From: Strigamia acuminata
Taxonomy: Eukaryota
Length of the DNA stretch: 64,000 nucleotides
NCBI GenBank assembly: GCA_949358305.1
Contig: OX442314.1
Span: 20,274,001-20,338,000 of the forward strand
Direction of reading: 5' to 3'
This document shows, piece after piece, positions 25,043 through 42,060 of the stretch; the first letter of the stretch is position 1, and each line of letters begins with the position of its first letter. The position numbers and the translations under genes are program-made. A model generated the notes under the pieces. It was not told where the DNA came from. It saw only the letters and a list, made by a program, of their open reading frames with translations, and ran no database searches.

Positions 25043-26275
25043 ATGAAGGTCCACATTCTTCCTGCCTTGCAAGACAATTATATGTATTTGATAGTTGATG
25101 AAGAGACTAAAGAGGCAGCCATTGTTGATCCAGTTGAACCTGACAAAGTATATATACAAATAACTCGTTAATAAATAAATGTTTAATTTTGTAATAATTA
25201 TGTTACAGGTGATAAATAAAGTGAGGGAAGAAGGAGTCAATTTAACTACTGTGCTCACTACTCATCATCATTGGTACGGTAATCAAGACAATAAGCGCAT
25301 TCAAAATGAATACGGTTGCTGTTTTTAAAGTTAGATCGAAACAAGGCAGCTCAAAAGGCTGTTTCAAAATATTGTTTAAAATGCTGTTTAGTCTAAATGA
25401 CTTTATGAATGCGCCTAGTAATTTAAAATATTGTATGATATATTTAAAATAAATTTTATTTCATATATAGGGACCATGCTGGTGGAAATGCAGATTTGGT
25501 TAAAAAAGTGAAAAATCTGAAAGTGTATGGAGGTGATCAGCGAATAGATGCACTTACAAAAGTGGTTTCTCATGGGACCGAATTAACAGTACACAAAATG
25601 CTATTTTTATCTTTAAAAAGCTTTTTAAACAAATTATTATGCCATTTAGGTTGGTAAATTATTTGTCAAATGTTTGTTCACGCCTTGTCACACGAGTGGA
25701 CACATTTGCTATTTTGTCACGAGTCCAAACGGCGCTCCGCCCGCAGTTTTCACTGGTATAGCAATTTATTATGACTTAGCGATTAATATAGTTGTTAATT
25801 ACTGTTTGAATGGTTTGAATTTCAGGTGATACATTGTTTCTAGCTGGCTGTGGTCGATTTTTTGAGGGGAAACCTGAAGAAATGTATCGAGCTTTGGTGG
25901 AAATTTTGGGAACTCTCCCAGATATAACTGTAATAGCAGACATTTTCGCTTTTTTAAGGTTAAATAGTGCTAATATATATATATTGTAATATATAATTCC
26001 AGAGAGTTTATTGTGGACATGAATATGCAGTTGCAAACTTGAAGTTCGCGCGAAGCATCGAACCTGACAACGCTGCAATTTATGAGAAAATGGTGTGGGC
26101 AAAGAATCAAATAGAGAAGCACGAACCAACCGTTCCATCTACCATCGGCGAGGAAAAAATGTACAATCCGTTTATGAGAGTGAGGGAAGAATCAATTCAA
26201 CAACATGCCTGTCAAACCGATCCAATTGCAACGATGGGTGTTATTCGTAAAGAAAAAGACAATTTTAAAGCATAA
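25043..26275 (+). CDS. HAGH: Hydroxyacylglutathione hydrolase (glyoxalase II); probable mitochondrial leader exons from 24572
   Basis: [16 protein letters not shown]; intact [66 protein letters not shown]. Confidence 0.95.
25292..25417. mobile_element. MITE-like element, family A copy 2 (inverted), inside a HAGH intron
   Basis: The right ~60 bp is the reverse complement of 14797-14856 with few mismatches; the left end TAAGCGCATTCA is a decayed TIR. Confidence 0.7.
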
Positions 26276-26711
26276 TGAACAAGAAAATGTCACGTGTATG
26301 TTACCGGAAATAAATACAATTTCGCACAGAACAATGAATAGATTTTTATTTCGATTTCGATAATTTATGTAGTGAAATGACCGCACGAATAGAGGTCGTA
26401 AATTCTTCAACACTAACTGCAGACGCGTACTTAATGTTGAACCATTGCCACAATAATTTGCTTATTGCGCATGCTCCGAAATTTTTTAATTCTGCTCAAA
26501 CTTATTGCTGAAATATTTAACTACCTCAATAAAGAAAATTAATTGTATAAGTGGATGAAAAAGATAATCATTCGACGTCTATTTTTAGATAATAATTAAA
26601 TAAAAATATGTTTGAGAATGTAAAAGTGGTGAATCGTGTCGGTCTGCTGCTAGTCGTAGAAGACTTATTACAGTTCAGTTACGTTGTTCGCTGAGTGTAC
26701 TCCATGTCAAT

Positions 26712-29430
26712 ATGGCTGACGATTTTCCAGTGAGTATTGTAAAGAATTAACAGTTATTGACCTTGTACTAAGTTGAAATTGCTTTTGAATAGAATTAATA
26801 ATGTCATAATACTTGTTTTCTGGACAAAACTGAACAATCCTTGGCGTTATAATGAAATTAACTACAACTATTCAGCTCGAACCGGAAGTTTGTTAGATTG
26901 TGAAATATGTATTGAAAAAAAATATTTGTTTTTGACATTATTAATTTGAAGTTATTAAATAAAAGATGATTAATTGAATTCCGTATGTTTTAACACAGAC
27001 TAAACAAATGGGATCAGTAATTTCATGCTATACAAAGTGCGATTCAACGGATCAAGCTCAAATTAAAACTTCGAATAACTCCGAAACAAAAAATAACTCG
27101 GTAAGAAAAGGGAACACAGCGGGCGAAATGACCCAAATAAAAACGGCACTGAAAACAAATTCTCATCACATTTAAATAAAATTTTCTATTTGCTGTGTTT
27201 ACCAATTTCTTATTTCTCATCTGACATTTCTTATTTTTTTTTAGCCAATCGAATGCACCATTAAAAAGGATTCTATCCCACTGGCTAACGGAAGTATAGC
27301 CAGACCAGTTATGAATCAATCTACATCGGTTCCTTCATCAACGACGAAAAAGCAGCGCGATAAAGATTATATATTTGGGAAGGTTATAGGTGAAGGGTCC
27401 TTCTCAACTGTATTTTTAGTCAAAGATATTCGAACGGAGAAACAATATGCCAGTAAGATTATATCCCGTTTGATTAAAATATGTAAATTTGTTTTAATTT
27501 TTGATATTTTTTCTTGTTGCAGTGAAAGTTTGCGATAAAGATTTACTTTTACGGGAAAGGAAATCCGAGTATGTAAAAAGGGAGAGAGAAGCACTTTGTA
27601 GGCTCAATTCAAATTTATGTCCTTTCATAATTAAATTATATGCAACGTTTCAAGATGAAAGCAGATTATGTACGATTTGATGGATTGATTGATTTGTATG
27701 TGTTTTGTTATTGTTATTTTTGTTGTTGTTGTTAGATTTCGTTTTGTCTTATGCAAAACACGGTGAACTTCTACCTATTATCAACAAGGTAGGCTCGTTC
27801 AATGAAGAATGCACAAAATTCTATGCAGCTGAAGTTATTGTTGCGCTGGAGCACATTCATAGACTGAAAATGATTCACAGAGACATTAAACCTGAAAATA
27901 TTTTACTTAACGAGAACATGCATGTCCAATTAGGAGATTTTGGGTCTGTTAAGATTCAAGGATGTGCGAGTGATGGTATGTTACAAAAATTTAAAAATTC
28001 AATTTAAAAATTTAAATAAGTAGTTAATTGCTTTAATCGATCATTCAAACATTAATTTGTCTGGTTCTCAAGGTCTTTGCTGCAACTTTTGAATTGAATT
28101 CAATTAAATTCTTGATTTGGGTTTAATTATCTTTCAATTTTTTTTTTATGGATAATTGCAGATCGATTTAAAGAAGCAAGTAGAAGAAATTCGTTCGTCG
28201 GCACAGCACAATACGTTGCTCCGGAAATACTTACTGACAAGGAGCAGACCAAATCTGTGGATCTGTGGTCATTTGGTTGTACAGTTTATCAGATGTCTTC
28301 TGGTTATCCTCCTTTTAGAGGACTGTGAGAACTTGATTTGATGATTCTAGAGACGACATATTTTAATTCTTTAATTTAAATTTTAGAAATGAATATTTAA
28401 TATTCCAAAAAGTGATGAAATTGGAGTACTCATATCCTGACAAATTTAATTCCAAAATCAGGGATTTTGTTGAGAAATTTCTCATACTGGAACCTCTTGA
28501 CCGGTTAGGTGCTAACGACTCCGATGTCGACGGGTACACTTCAATAAGGAACCACGAGTTCTTCGACGGGCTCGAATGGGAATCTTTACATACGCAACTT
28601 CCGCCAAAAATCGCTGCCCCTGAACAAAACGAAACAGTCGCTTCGGTAGCCGAGTCTGACGATTCAACCGATGAAGTAGAATTGAGTAGAAAAATAGGAA
28701 TTTCAATGAATCAAATATTTTTTTGTTCAAATAGTTTCCCACGTCATTGGAACCGGGGCTCGATGAACGACAAATATCCCGGCTTCTTGGGTTAGATCTG
28801 CGCGATTATGATGTTGCTGCAGATCTCGCGTCAGGCGATAAATTGTCGGTCAGCGAGATCAAGTCGACTAAAGTGTATGATTATCAACAATTGTTACCGG
28901 AGGATGTTCCTAGAGTGTTTGACGAATTGGATGAATGGAGAAGGCATCAGGCCACCGACACTTGGCATGAAAGAATCGCTAGAAATGTGATTCTAAAAAT
29001 GGGTTTAGTGAGCAAACGAAAGGTTAATCAAATATAATAAAAAAAAAAAAAAATTTGTTTTAATAAAAATAATTTATTGATTTTGATTTTGATTTTTTGT
29101 TAAACTAATAGGGAATTTTAGCCAAGCCACGTGTTCTTGTTTTGACCACTGGTCCTTGTTTGTATTATTTTAATCAAGGGAGAGATCAGCCAAAGGGAGA
29201 AATTGTGTGGAATGCTCAGTTGAAAGCTGAAGCTAAAAATTTTAAATTATTTGTCGTGAGAACTGTAAGTTCGTACATAACACGTAACTTTTCAATATGA
29301 TTAATGTATGTTTTTTTTAAAACTATTTTAGCCTGATAAATCGTATTATTTTGAAGACCATAACCACCAGTCTCAACTATGGTGCGATTGGATAAACAAT
29401 TTACATAAAATTTATCATCCACCGACCTAA
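26712..29430 (+). CDS. PDPK1: 3-phosphoinositide-dependent protein kinase 1
   Basis: [54 protein letters not shown]-terminal PH domain [12 protein letters not shown]...KGEIVW...AEAKNFK...WCDWI. Confidence 0.95.
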
Positions 29431-30911
29431 TTAAGGGCAGCTTCTTCAACCGACATTAGAGTTTTACTATGGCGTCATGTAATTTTTTTTTTATTTATAT
29501 AAATATGGCGTATTTTTACACTTATTTAAAAAGCGCAAAGTGTAGAAGTTCTGTTTGTGCTATGCACCTTTTTGTTATGCATGTCACGTGACCACCAGAA
29601 AGGAGCTGCTCCTCCGATCAAACATCATTGCTCTTAAACGATGCTACAACTTTTACCTGGAAATTAAAGGCATTTAGAGTAAGAGAAATGAACAAATTCC
29701 GAGGTCGTGTGACTAAATAGTGGAAAATTGGGACATTATAACAAAAACGTTCTGGCGCAAACGCTATTAATCAATTGGTAATTTCTGTCCGATTAAATTA
29801 TCAAGAGCAAGTTTTTTTTCAACGTAGTAAAGTAGAAATTACAATACAACTGGGGAAAAAAAATAAAAATGGGATTACGTGAAATTTTTACAAATGGAAG
29901 CAATGGATTTTTTTTTATATTTTATTGGTGTCCGATGAAATTTTAATTAAAGCATGCTAAGTCGTTTCGATTTAACGCGGAACTATTAAGTGTAGTGTGG
30001 TACAAATACAGCGCGTTAATCTCATACTTTTTTTTTATTTTCAGTTTATTTTTTACTTTACAACATGTTTTTTTTAAAAAAAAAAGAAAAAAAAAGCAAT
30101 GCTGTTGTAGAAAAATGTAAAACTGTTATTGCATTGAAAACAAAAGTAATAGCTGAGTATACTAGCAACAAATTCTGTTGTGCACAAAATAATTTTATAC
30201 TTAGTTTTAATTGTGCCTTGAATTATGTTTACTTGTAAAAAAAAAATTATTATAATATTAAAAGTAATTTTTTTTTCTCGAATTGTTTTAATATTGTTGA
30301 ACATAGAATATGGCACAAGCACACGAATATATTGAAATTTAGTATTAAAATTTTACAAAATCACATGCACATCAAAGTGCAAACTAATTCTCACGCAGGT
30401 ACAATTCTGTTAAGGAGACCATTAGTTTTTATCGTTGTATAATAACTTTACTTTTTAAACAGAATTTAACCTTTGAATTACTATCAAAATACTCAATTTT
30501 TGACAAAAATTGTCGCTTTTTATATCTTTTTTTTTACGTAATTTTATTTTTCTTATAATTTTATTTAAGTTAATTGCATAGAAAAGTCTCTTAAATAATA
30601 TCACGACTCGATGGAATGGAACTTACAAAAAATATTTTCAAACTTGATGGGAAAAAAAAAATTCATGATGAAAGTTAAGATTAGAGAAACACACATACGT
30701 AAATCAAATTGATGAAACGTCAACACGATTACACGATGAGATGCCAATTGTATAAAACCGTAAGAAAAAAACAAAAACAAAACAAACAAAAATTAAAACA
30801 AAAAAATTTGAACACCGTGCATAGGATGATAGGAGACGGATTTGATCGTGGATTGTCGCCCATATCGTTTCCACGGCAAGAAATTAAAAGATTTTTTCAT
30901 AATCGATAAAT

Positions 30912-31928
30912 TCACATACGAGACCCTTTTTGCTGTAAAACCTACAATTATTAATTCAAATTATTAATTTAAAATCGTTATTTTAATTTTATCGTGCGGA
31001 TTTTAATTCTTTTCTACCTTTGCTCTGTCAGTGGGCTCTGCTTCTCGTTCCGTGCCGTTAGTGAGAGTTCCGTATTCGCGGGAAACGACACACAAAAATT
31101 CAGCGTGATCTTCGTTTCCGTAGTTATATGATGAGCCGATATTGATCAACTAAATAAAATGACAAAATACCATTTAATTAGGATTTTCAAATCGATTTTG
31201 CGATGTTAACTTGTTCAAATCTCCATCCGTCGGACATAGTCGACACCATTTGCGTAAGTTCGTCCTCGTGACATTGTAGCACACGATATACATGTTTTTT
31301 AGACTCCTGGACAGAAATTTATAAATATTTTAAAAAAATCAAAATTTAAGAAAATAAATAACTGAAAAATAACTTACTGATGATCTACGAACATTTCGTT
31401 CAATAATTTTGTCTTTTACTAATTTAATTAAAGCAGTTATGTTATAAAATTCCGCCTCTTCTAAAACACCTAAACAACAAAAGAAAAACGAACAAAATTT
31501 TTTAAAGTTTTTTTTATTTTTGAATCTTTAAAAAAATGTAGCGAATATTGACCTTCTTCCGCTAAGTCTTTGTTTATAACCAATTTTCCATGTCTCAAAT
31601 AGTTTAATACTGGCCCGAAGTACGTAGGATCTCTATCGATCAAATATGCGCCGCTTTCATCCTGAAACAAAGAGACAAAACCGTTAAAAGCAAAACAATA
31701 ACAAGCGAAGCGATTAAAATTTGCATTGATAAAAACGATTACCCTGTCTGAATTCAAATCGGGGTCGTCTTGGCAGAGTCGAAACAAAAATGATTTTGGA
31801 TCTCGACATAGCGTCGTTCTGGTCGTCATAAAGTGTGTTCCACCAACATTTAATCTAACCCATTCATTTCGGCTGGTTTTGTCATGGTTCTTATCGTTAC
31901 AAGAATTCTCACTGTCTTGCGTCGCCAT
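30912..31928 (-). CDS. KCTD5: BTB/POZ protein of the KCTD2/5/17 family (insomniac ortholog)
   Basis: [73 protein letters not shown]; ends VLQQKGSRM*. Confidence 0.93.
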
Positions 31929-32222
31929 GTTTTATCGATCCTGACTCCTGCTGACATCTATTAGAGGTCACGTAAGGTAAAAATAGCTAGTATAGCCATC
32001 TAAATGAAAGAGGACTGTATAATATATTTCTAACATTTTATAAATGTTAAAACGATAATTGCAAATTTATTTTGCCATTATTTAACATATATAATTTTAA
32101 ATTAACTATATATCATTTATTAAATAATAAAATTTTAATTTTATACCATGTTATTCGTGTTTTTTGTTTGTCTGTGAAGGCACGCAAAGTGATTGTAGAG
32201 CTTGGGTATACACAACCGGAAA

Positions 32223-33036
32223 ATGGCTGCTCGACGAATTACCAAGTCTGCTGTCGACTGGATTGTGTTTGCAGAAAAAATTCCTGAAACTCAGAAACTA
32301 CAGTTTCAAGCTTTCAAAGGAAAATGCGATTCGTATTTAACAAAGTAAAAATTGATATTAAATATGCTTTAAAATTAATTTAATGCATTTAGTTTTATTT
32401 TTTCTATTTTATTATTATTATTATTATTTAAAGGGTTATGTCCTTGCCTGAAAATCCACCGAAAATAGATTGGTCTACTTACCGTTCTAAGGTGCCTGTC
32501 GCTGGATTGGTCGAGCAATTCGAGAAAGAGGTAAAAAAAAAAATTGGTTAGGTTAAGTAAACATGGAAAATTACGTAACCTTTTGCTTCTTATTTCCAGT
32601 ATACTGCGCTTAAAATTCCGTACCCGACAACGAACGTCATTTCTGAAATTGACACTCAGGAAAAAGAATCAGTACAGACATAAACACAGTCGAAAATGAA
32701 GAAATATTTATTTTTGTTTTAATTTCTTTTAAGGAGCGCGAAGTAGCTAATTTCGTACAAGCATCAGAGAAGAAAATCGCCGAATATCGAGCAGAGGTTT
32801 TTTAATTATTTAAATATTTTGAGAGGCGAGTGAAAAATTAGTAATATTTTTTTTATATTAACCACTAGCTGGAGACATGGAATAACATCGTTCCATTTGA
32901 GCACATGACGTTGCAAGATTTTCGTGAAACTTTCCCATTGTACGCTTTGGATCCGTTCAACCGTCCTACTTTGTGGCCGCATAACCCAGAGGAACAATTG
33001 GATTATGATGACGGAGAACCGAAGTCCTCGCATTAA
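32223..33036 (+). CDS. ATP5PD: ATP synthase peripheral stalk subunit d
   Basis: MAARRITKSAVDW...; LPENPPKIDWSTY; LKIPYP; VPFEHMTLQDF...PTLWPH. Confidence 0.93.
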
Positions 33037-33117
33037 TTATATGCACAAATATTTGATTTAATAGTTTAAAAAACAACTTTATTGAAACTGATATAAAAAA
33101 AAAGGTAATTTTCAAAA

Positions 33118-34023
33118 TTAATCGGGTTGTTTCGAGAGAGAAGCTTTAGAATTTGCTTCTACATTAAGCAGTTCGAGTTCACGTAGTTTCTGTAAAATAA
33201 TAATAAAATTCAAATATTAGAGATGTACGATTTTTTTTCTATTTGTATTTTATATCGACATACTTCTGCTACTTGGTTATTAATAATTGTAGAATACTGG
33301 TCAACGACGCCTAAGCTTCTCATGTCATCGAGAAATTGCCGTCTTTCTTCTATTTCTGTAACCACTTCTTCAAATCGTTCCTTTGTCGTCGGGAAGTGAG
33401 GATCTTTTTTTTCAGTTTCCACTGGTTTTGTTGCAACACGATCTATTCCGAATGCCATTAGGTTTTGTAATTTTTCTTTCTCTCTCACTGGTTTTTCTGG
33501 AGAAAAAAAAATATATATATGTATTATTATCTTTTATTAATTGAGTTGCGAATAGATACCAAGATGGGCAACTGATGGTTTTTTTGGCACTTCATAACAG
33601 CCAGATTTTAGTATCGTCTCTTTGGATCTCAATCCAAAATTTCCTTTACACATGGGTGGAGATTCAGTACAAGTGCCGACGTATGGGTTTTTTCCTTTGA
33701 ATTGTTTCTTACGCACACTCGTTGTCGATTGTTGATCATCTAGAAATTAGGAAGATTATTTTAATTGGAAATATGTTTGATTTTGTGTACCTTTTAGGAG
33801 ATTTTTCATTTCTCGTTGCTGCGCTAATGTGAGTTTTGCTTCTCTCATCAGGTCTGTTAGAAAGAAGTTATTAATTTTCAAAAATTTCTTATTACAAAAT
33901 TTTTATTGTTGTACCTGAAAGATGATCTTGAGTTTCTTTACTATAATCTAACGGCGTCGAATGCCAAAAACCTCCTTTTCCTACTCTTTGCAAAATAGCC
34001 TTTTCTTGATTTTCGGAAGCCAT
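33118..34023 (-). CDS. C22orf23: UPF0193 protein EVG1 homolog
   Basis: RVGKGGFWH...YSKETQDHLSDLMREAKLT..QQR; LRSKETILKSGCYE; EKEKLQNLMAFG; RFEEVVTEIEERRQFLDDMRSLG; AEKLRELE. Confidence 0.85.
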
Positions 34024-34035
34024 ATTGTTTGTTTA

Positions 34036-34049
34036 ATTACTATGGTAAC
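34036..34049. promoter_or_regulatory. RFX X-box-like motif immediately upstream of EVG1
   Basis: GTTACCATAGTAAT on the minus strand versus consensus GTYNCCATGGNAAC. Confidence 0.55.
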
Positions 34050-34274
34050 GGAATGGCAGCCAATGGAAAGTTAGAATTTTAATCTAAAACAAAAGCGGCA
34101 AAGTTGAATGTATAGTCGCTTACAAACTATTCTAAGTTCTCATTTGATATTCTAATGTTGAAAACTAAAATCAGTTCTTTAAAAACATTTTACATGTATT
34201 TTTGTAGTTGAAATGCTTTATATAATAAATCCAATGTGGTGAAATAAAGCGCCAGCACGGCTAAATAACTATTC

Positions 34275-34286
34275 TGCGCATGCGCA
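34275..34286. promoter_or_regulatory. NRF1/Erect-wing site in the EVG1-BLM bidirectional promoter
   Basis: Perfect palindrome TGCGCATGCGCA. Confidence 0.65.
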
Positions 34287-34375
34287 GTAAGTCCACTATC
34301 CGGGGAAACAGGCTTCCGCTTCAACTGGCGCGATTTAGTCTGGTTTCGTTTTGACGGTTTGAACTATCGGGTCAT

Positions 34376-38636
<4,261 letters not shown>

Positions 38637-38934
38637 AGAACTTAAAAAATTAATACTAACAATAAATCAATTAATAAACGGTTTTTTTTGTGTTTTTTTT
38701 TATTTTTTTACAATTTAATGATTTGCATTAAATTTGCATTAAATTTTGTTTTGCTACAATTCTCGACCACTCATCAACACGTAATTTTAGATTAATTTAT
38801 TTGCTTCATTTTACCACCAGATAGCGATAGCAACGAAACTGTTTTAGAAGCTGAGTTCAGTACTAAAGGTAATTGTGCAAAGAAAAATTGCACGTGTTAT
38901 TTTAAACAAACAATGCAATGAAACATACTTCAGC

Positions 38935-40038
38935 ATGACAGCACATGAGTTGAAAGACCAAGGAAACCGACTGTTTACGGCGAGGAAATTTGAAGAAGCT
39001 GTTTCTTGTTACAGCAAAGCCATTGTAAACGCATTTCTTTTTACATAGTCGCATATAAAAGCTAATTTCCTGATTTGAATATTTGTCTAGATAAAAAATC
39101 CAACTATTCCAACGTTTTTCTCGAACCGCGCATTATGTTATCTGAAGTTAAAACAATGGGAATTGGCGTGTCACGACTGCCGCCGAGCATTAGATATGGA
39201 CCCCTCGCTGGTCAAGGGACATTTCTTTCTGGGTCAAGCATTACTCGAACTTAACATGTACGACGATGCTATAAAACACTTACAAAGAGGTAAGCATTTT
39301 TATAAGTGTGCAAACCGGATGGATAGTAATGACTAATGAATATGTTAATTTTTTTTAGCTAATGATTTAGCCAAAGATCAGAAACTGAATTTTGGTGATG
39401 ATGTTGCGATTCAACTAAGAATTGCTAAAAAGAAACGATGGTCAGTTCTCGAGGAGAAGAGGATTACGCAAGAAATTGAATTACAGACGTATTTGAATCG
39501 ACTCATACGTGAAGATAAAGATCGGCAGTGTGAGATGTTGAGAAATAAAGCGGGGTTTAATGAGAATACATCGAATGAATTCATGAAAATTGAAGCTGGA
39601 TGTGTAAATTGAATTTTAAGAATTGTCAATAATTCATTTATTCGTGAATGATGTTTTTTTTTTGTTTTTGTTTTAGGATAGACATATCGCGGAATTAAAT
39701 AGTTTGTTTGCAAAAATTGATGAACGAAGACGGGTATTTGTGGAAAATATTGGTTTTTATTCATTTTACTAAAGTTAAAAATTTTATTCTGATAGAAACG
39801 GGATGTGCCTGATTATTTATGTGGAAAAATCAGTTTCGAATTGATGAGAGAACCGGTGATTACTCCCAGCGGGATTACGTACGACCGTAAAGACATTGAG
39901 GAACATTTGCAACGAGTCGGACATTTTGATCCAGTCACTAGAACAGATCTCACGCAAGATCAATTGATCCCGAATTTAGCTATGAAGGAAGTTGTCGACA
40001 CTTTTATTGGTGAAAACGAATGGGCGATTGATTATTGA
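38935..40038 (+). CDS. STUB1: E3 ubiquitin ligase CHIP (TPR + U-box)
   Basis: [10 protein letters not shown]...[13 protein letters not shown]s; U-box [43 protein letters not shown]. Confidence 0.96.
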
Positions 40039-40746
40039 TTCATTAATAACTTTTCCTTTTAATATCTTTTCGTTTTTTTTAAATATTGTCACATATCACT
40101 ATTCTTATTTTAAAATGCTTTTTTTTTCTCCAAAATTTAAATATGATTTTATTATCTTTTATTTTATTTACCTTCCAATGCCTAAGGATTTTTATCGCTT
40201 TTGATTTAACATGGAGGTGCGGAACAGAGTTTACGTAGCATTGGCATTGGTGGGTTAAAACAATTATATTTTCCGATTGTGATTTATTTGCTCTTAATTT
40301 TACATTAAACGAATCGAAATACCGGTGAATTGCATTCATTTTAGTTTTTAGGTTGTAGAATTTGAATAATATACATCTTGTGTGCTTTTACATAAAAAAT
40401 AAATTTGGTTTTGATTAATTTTCATAATAATGAATTCATGATTTCAAAATTATAATATATTAACGATTGATGGCATGAAAAATAATCAAAGAATAAGGAC
40501 GAAGACAAGCATAATTGTATATTTAACTAAAGTTTATGCACTTTCTGTTAAAGTTCGCATCTTTTATGTATAAATGTGTACATAACAATTTTGATGTAAA
40601 ACCATGTGTACAGAAATATCAGCTTGACTAATTTGATGATGTGGATTACAATTTAAAACAATAGAAATAAACAGTAGTTTCACATTCATATTCTAGTTGT
40701 TACAATCACATGTGTTGGGCCTTAAATATTTAGAAGCAAAATTTTT

Positions 40747-42060
40747 ATGAGTATAAAGAAAACAATCATGTTAAATGTTTTGAAGAGTAAGTTTTCGATA
40801 TTTATTGAAATAAACGTGTAATATTGTCTGTCTATTTCGTACAGATTTTGTTGTAACGGGTATGAGATTTGCCAGACAGTGTCATGGTCATAGCTATCCT
40901 GCATGTATACGTCGTGATCAGAGCATGATATACGTTATTCCAGCTGGCAAAAACAATTACATGTTTGTCATAGCTGATCATGAATCTAACGATGCTGTTG
41001 CTATTGATCCAGTGGATATTGAACAGGTAAAAAAAAATAATTGACATTTATACTGCTTATAAAAGTTATTGGAGTTATTTTTCTAAATTTTAGGTCAGCA
41101 ATTTGGTGAAAAAACGGGGTTTGAATTTGAGATGTGTTTTGACTACGCATTATTTACTGTAAATATTAAATATTACCGAAAGTCTCTTTTTCAATTACAA
41201 TTTTTAAAAAATGTTTTAAGTAATCATGCTGGCGGTAATCGAGCAGCTGCTGCACGATTTCCTAGAATTCCAATATACGGTGGTGATGATCGAGTTCAAA
41301 ATGTTACGAAATTAGTTACCAAAGGAGAAACAATAAAATATGGTCCACTATCTATCAAATGTCTTCTCGACCCGGAAGAATCGAGTGGACATGTTATTTA
41401 TGTTGTAAAGAATTTGCTGGACAAAAAACGTGTTCATGCGTTTGTAGGTGAATTGAAAATTTCTTTTCTATATAGGCTTGCTTATACGTAGATGAATTTT
41501 ATGCCATGAAATATTTTATATTTTAGGAGACGCTTTTTCAATCGCTGGGTTCGGGAATTATCCAGAATCGCACAAAAAACATCTGTACAAGATTTTAACG
41601 CAAGATATTGCAAATTTAAGCGATAACACCGTTGAGTTTGTTCCGATTTAGTTAATTGGCTCATTTACAATTTTATATTTTGTTAACCTATAGGAGATTT
41701 ATTGCGGGCACGAAAGTGCGATTCGAAATTTAAATATTGCGATGGCAATAGAACCCAATAACCCTATAATTCAGAAAAAGTTAGCTTGGGCTTTGGAGCA
41801 AAGAGACAACAACGAACCTACAGTTCCATCATACATTTACGAAGAAAAAAAATATAATCCATTTCTTCGCTTGGGGTATGGTGCAACCACTAAAAGCATT
41901 ATCTAATCAAAGATAAAAAACAAAACAAAAAACTGGTGTTTTGAATTTATATTTTAGTGTGCCTGAAGTTCAAGGACATTTTGGAACCAGTTCTGCACAG
42001 GATACATTGCTTAAACTCCGAAAGAAAATAACTCAGTGGAAGTCACGTTCCTTGTTTTAA
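40747..42060 (+). CDS. Glyoxalase II-like protein with a degenerate active site (probable pseudo-enzyme)
   Basis: Intact spliced ORF: IPAGKNNYMFVI..DPVD; THYLLNHAGG; IYGGDDRV; DPEESSGH; FVGDAF; CGHES; PTVPSYIYEEKKYNPFLRL. Several intron positions are shared with HAGH. Confidence 0.85.

Noticed and set aside
29431..30911. Short ORFs between PDPK1 and KCTD
   Set aside because: AT-rich 3' UTR sequence of the two convergent genes.
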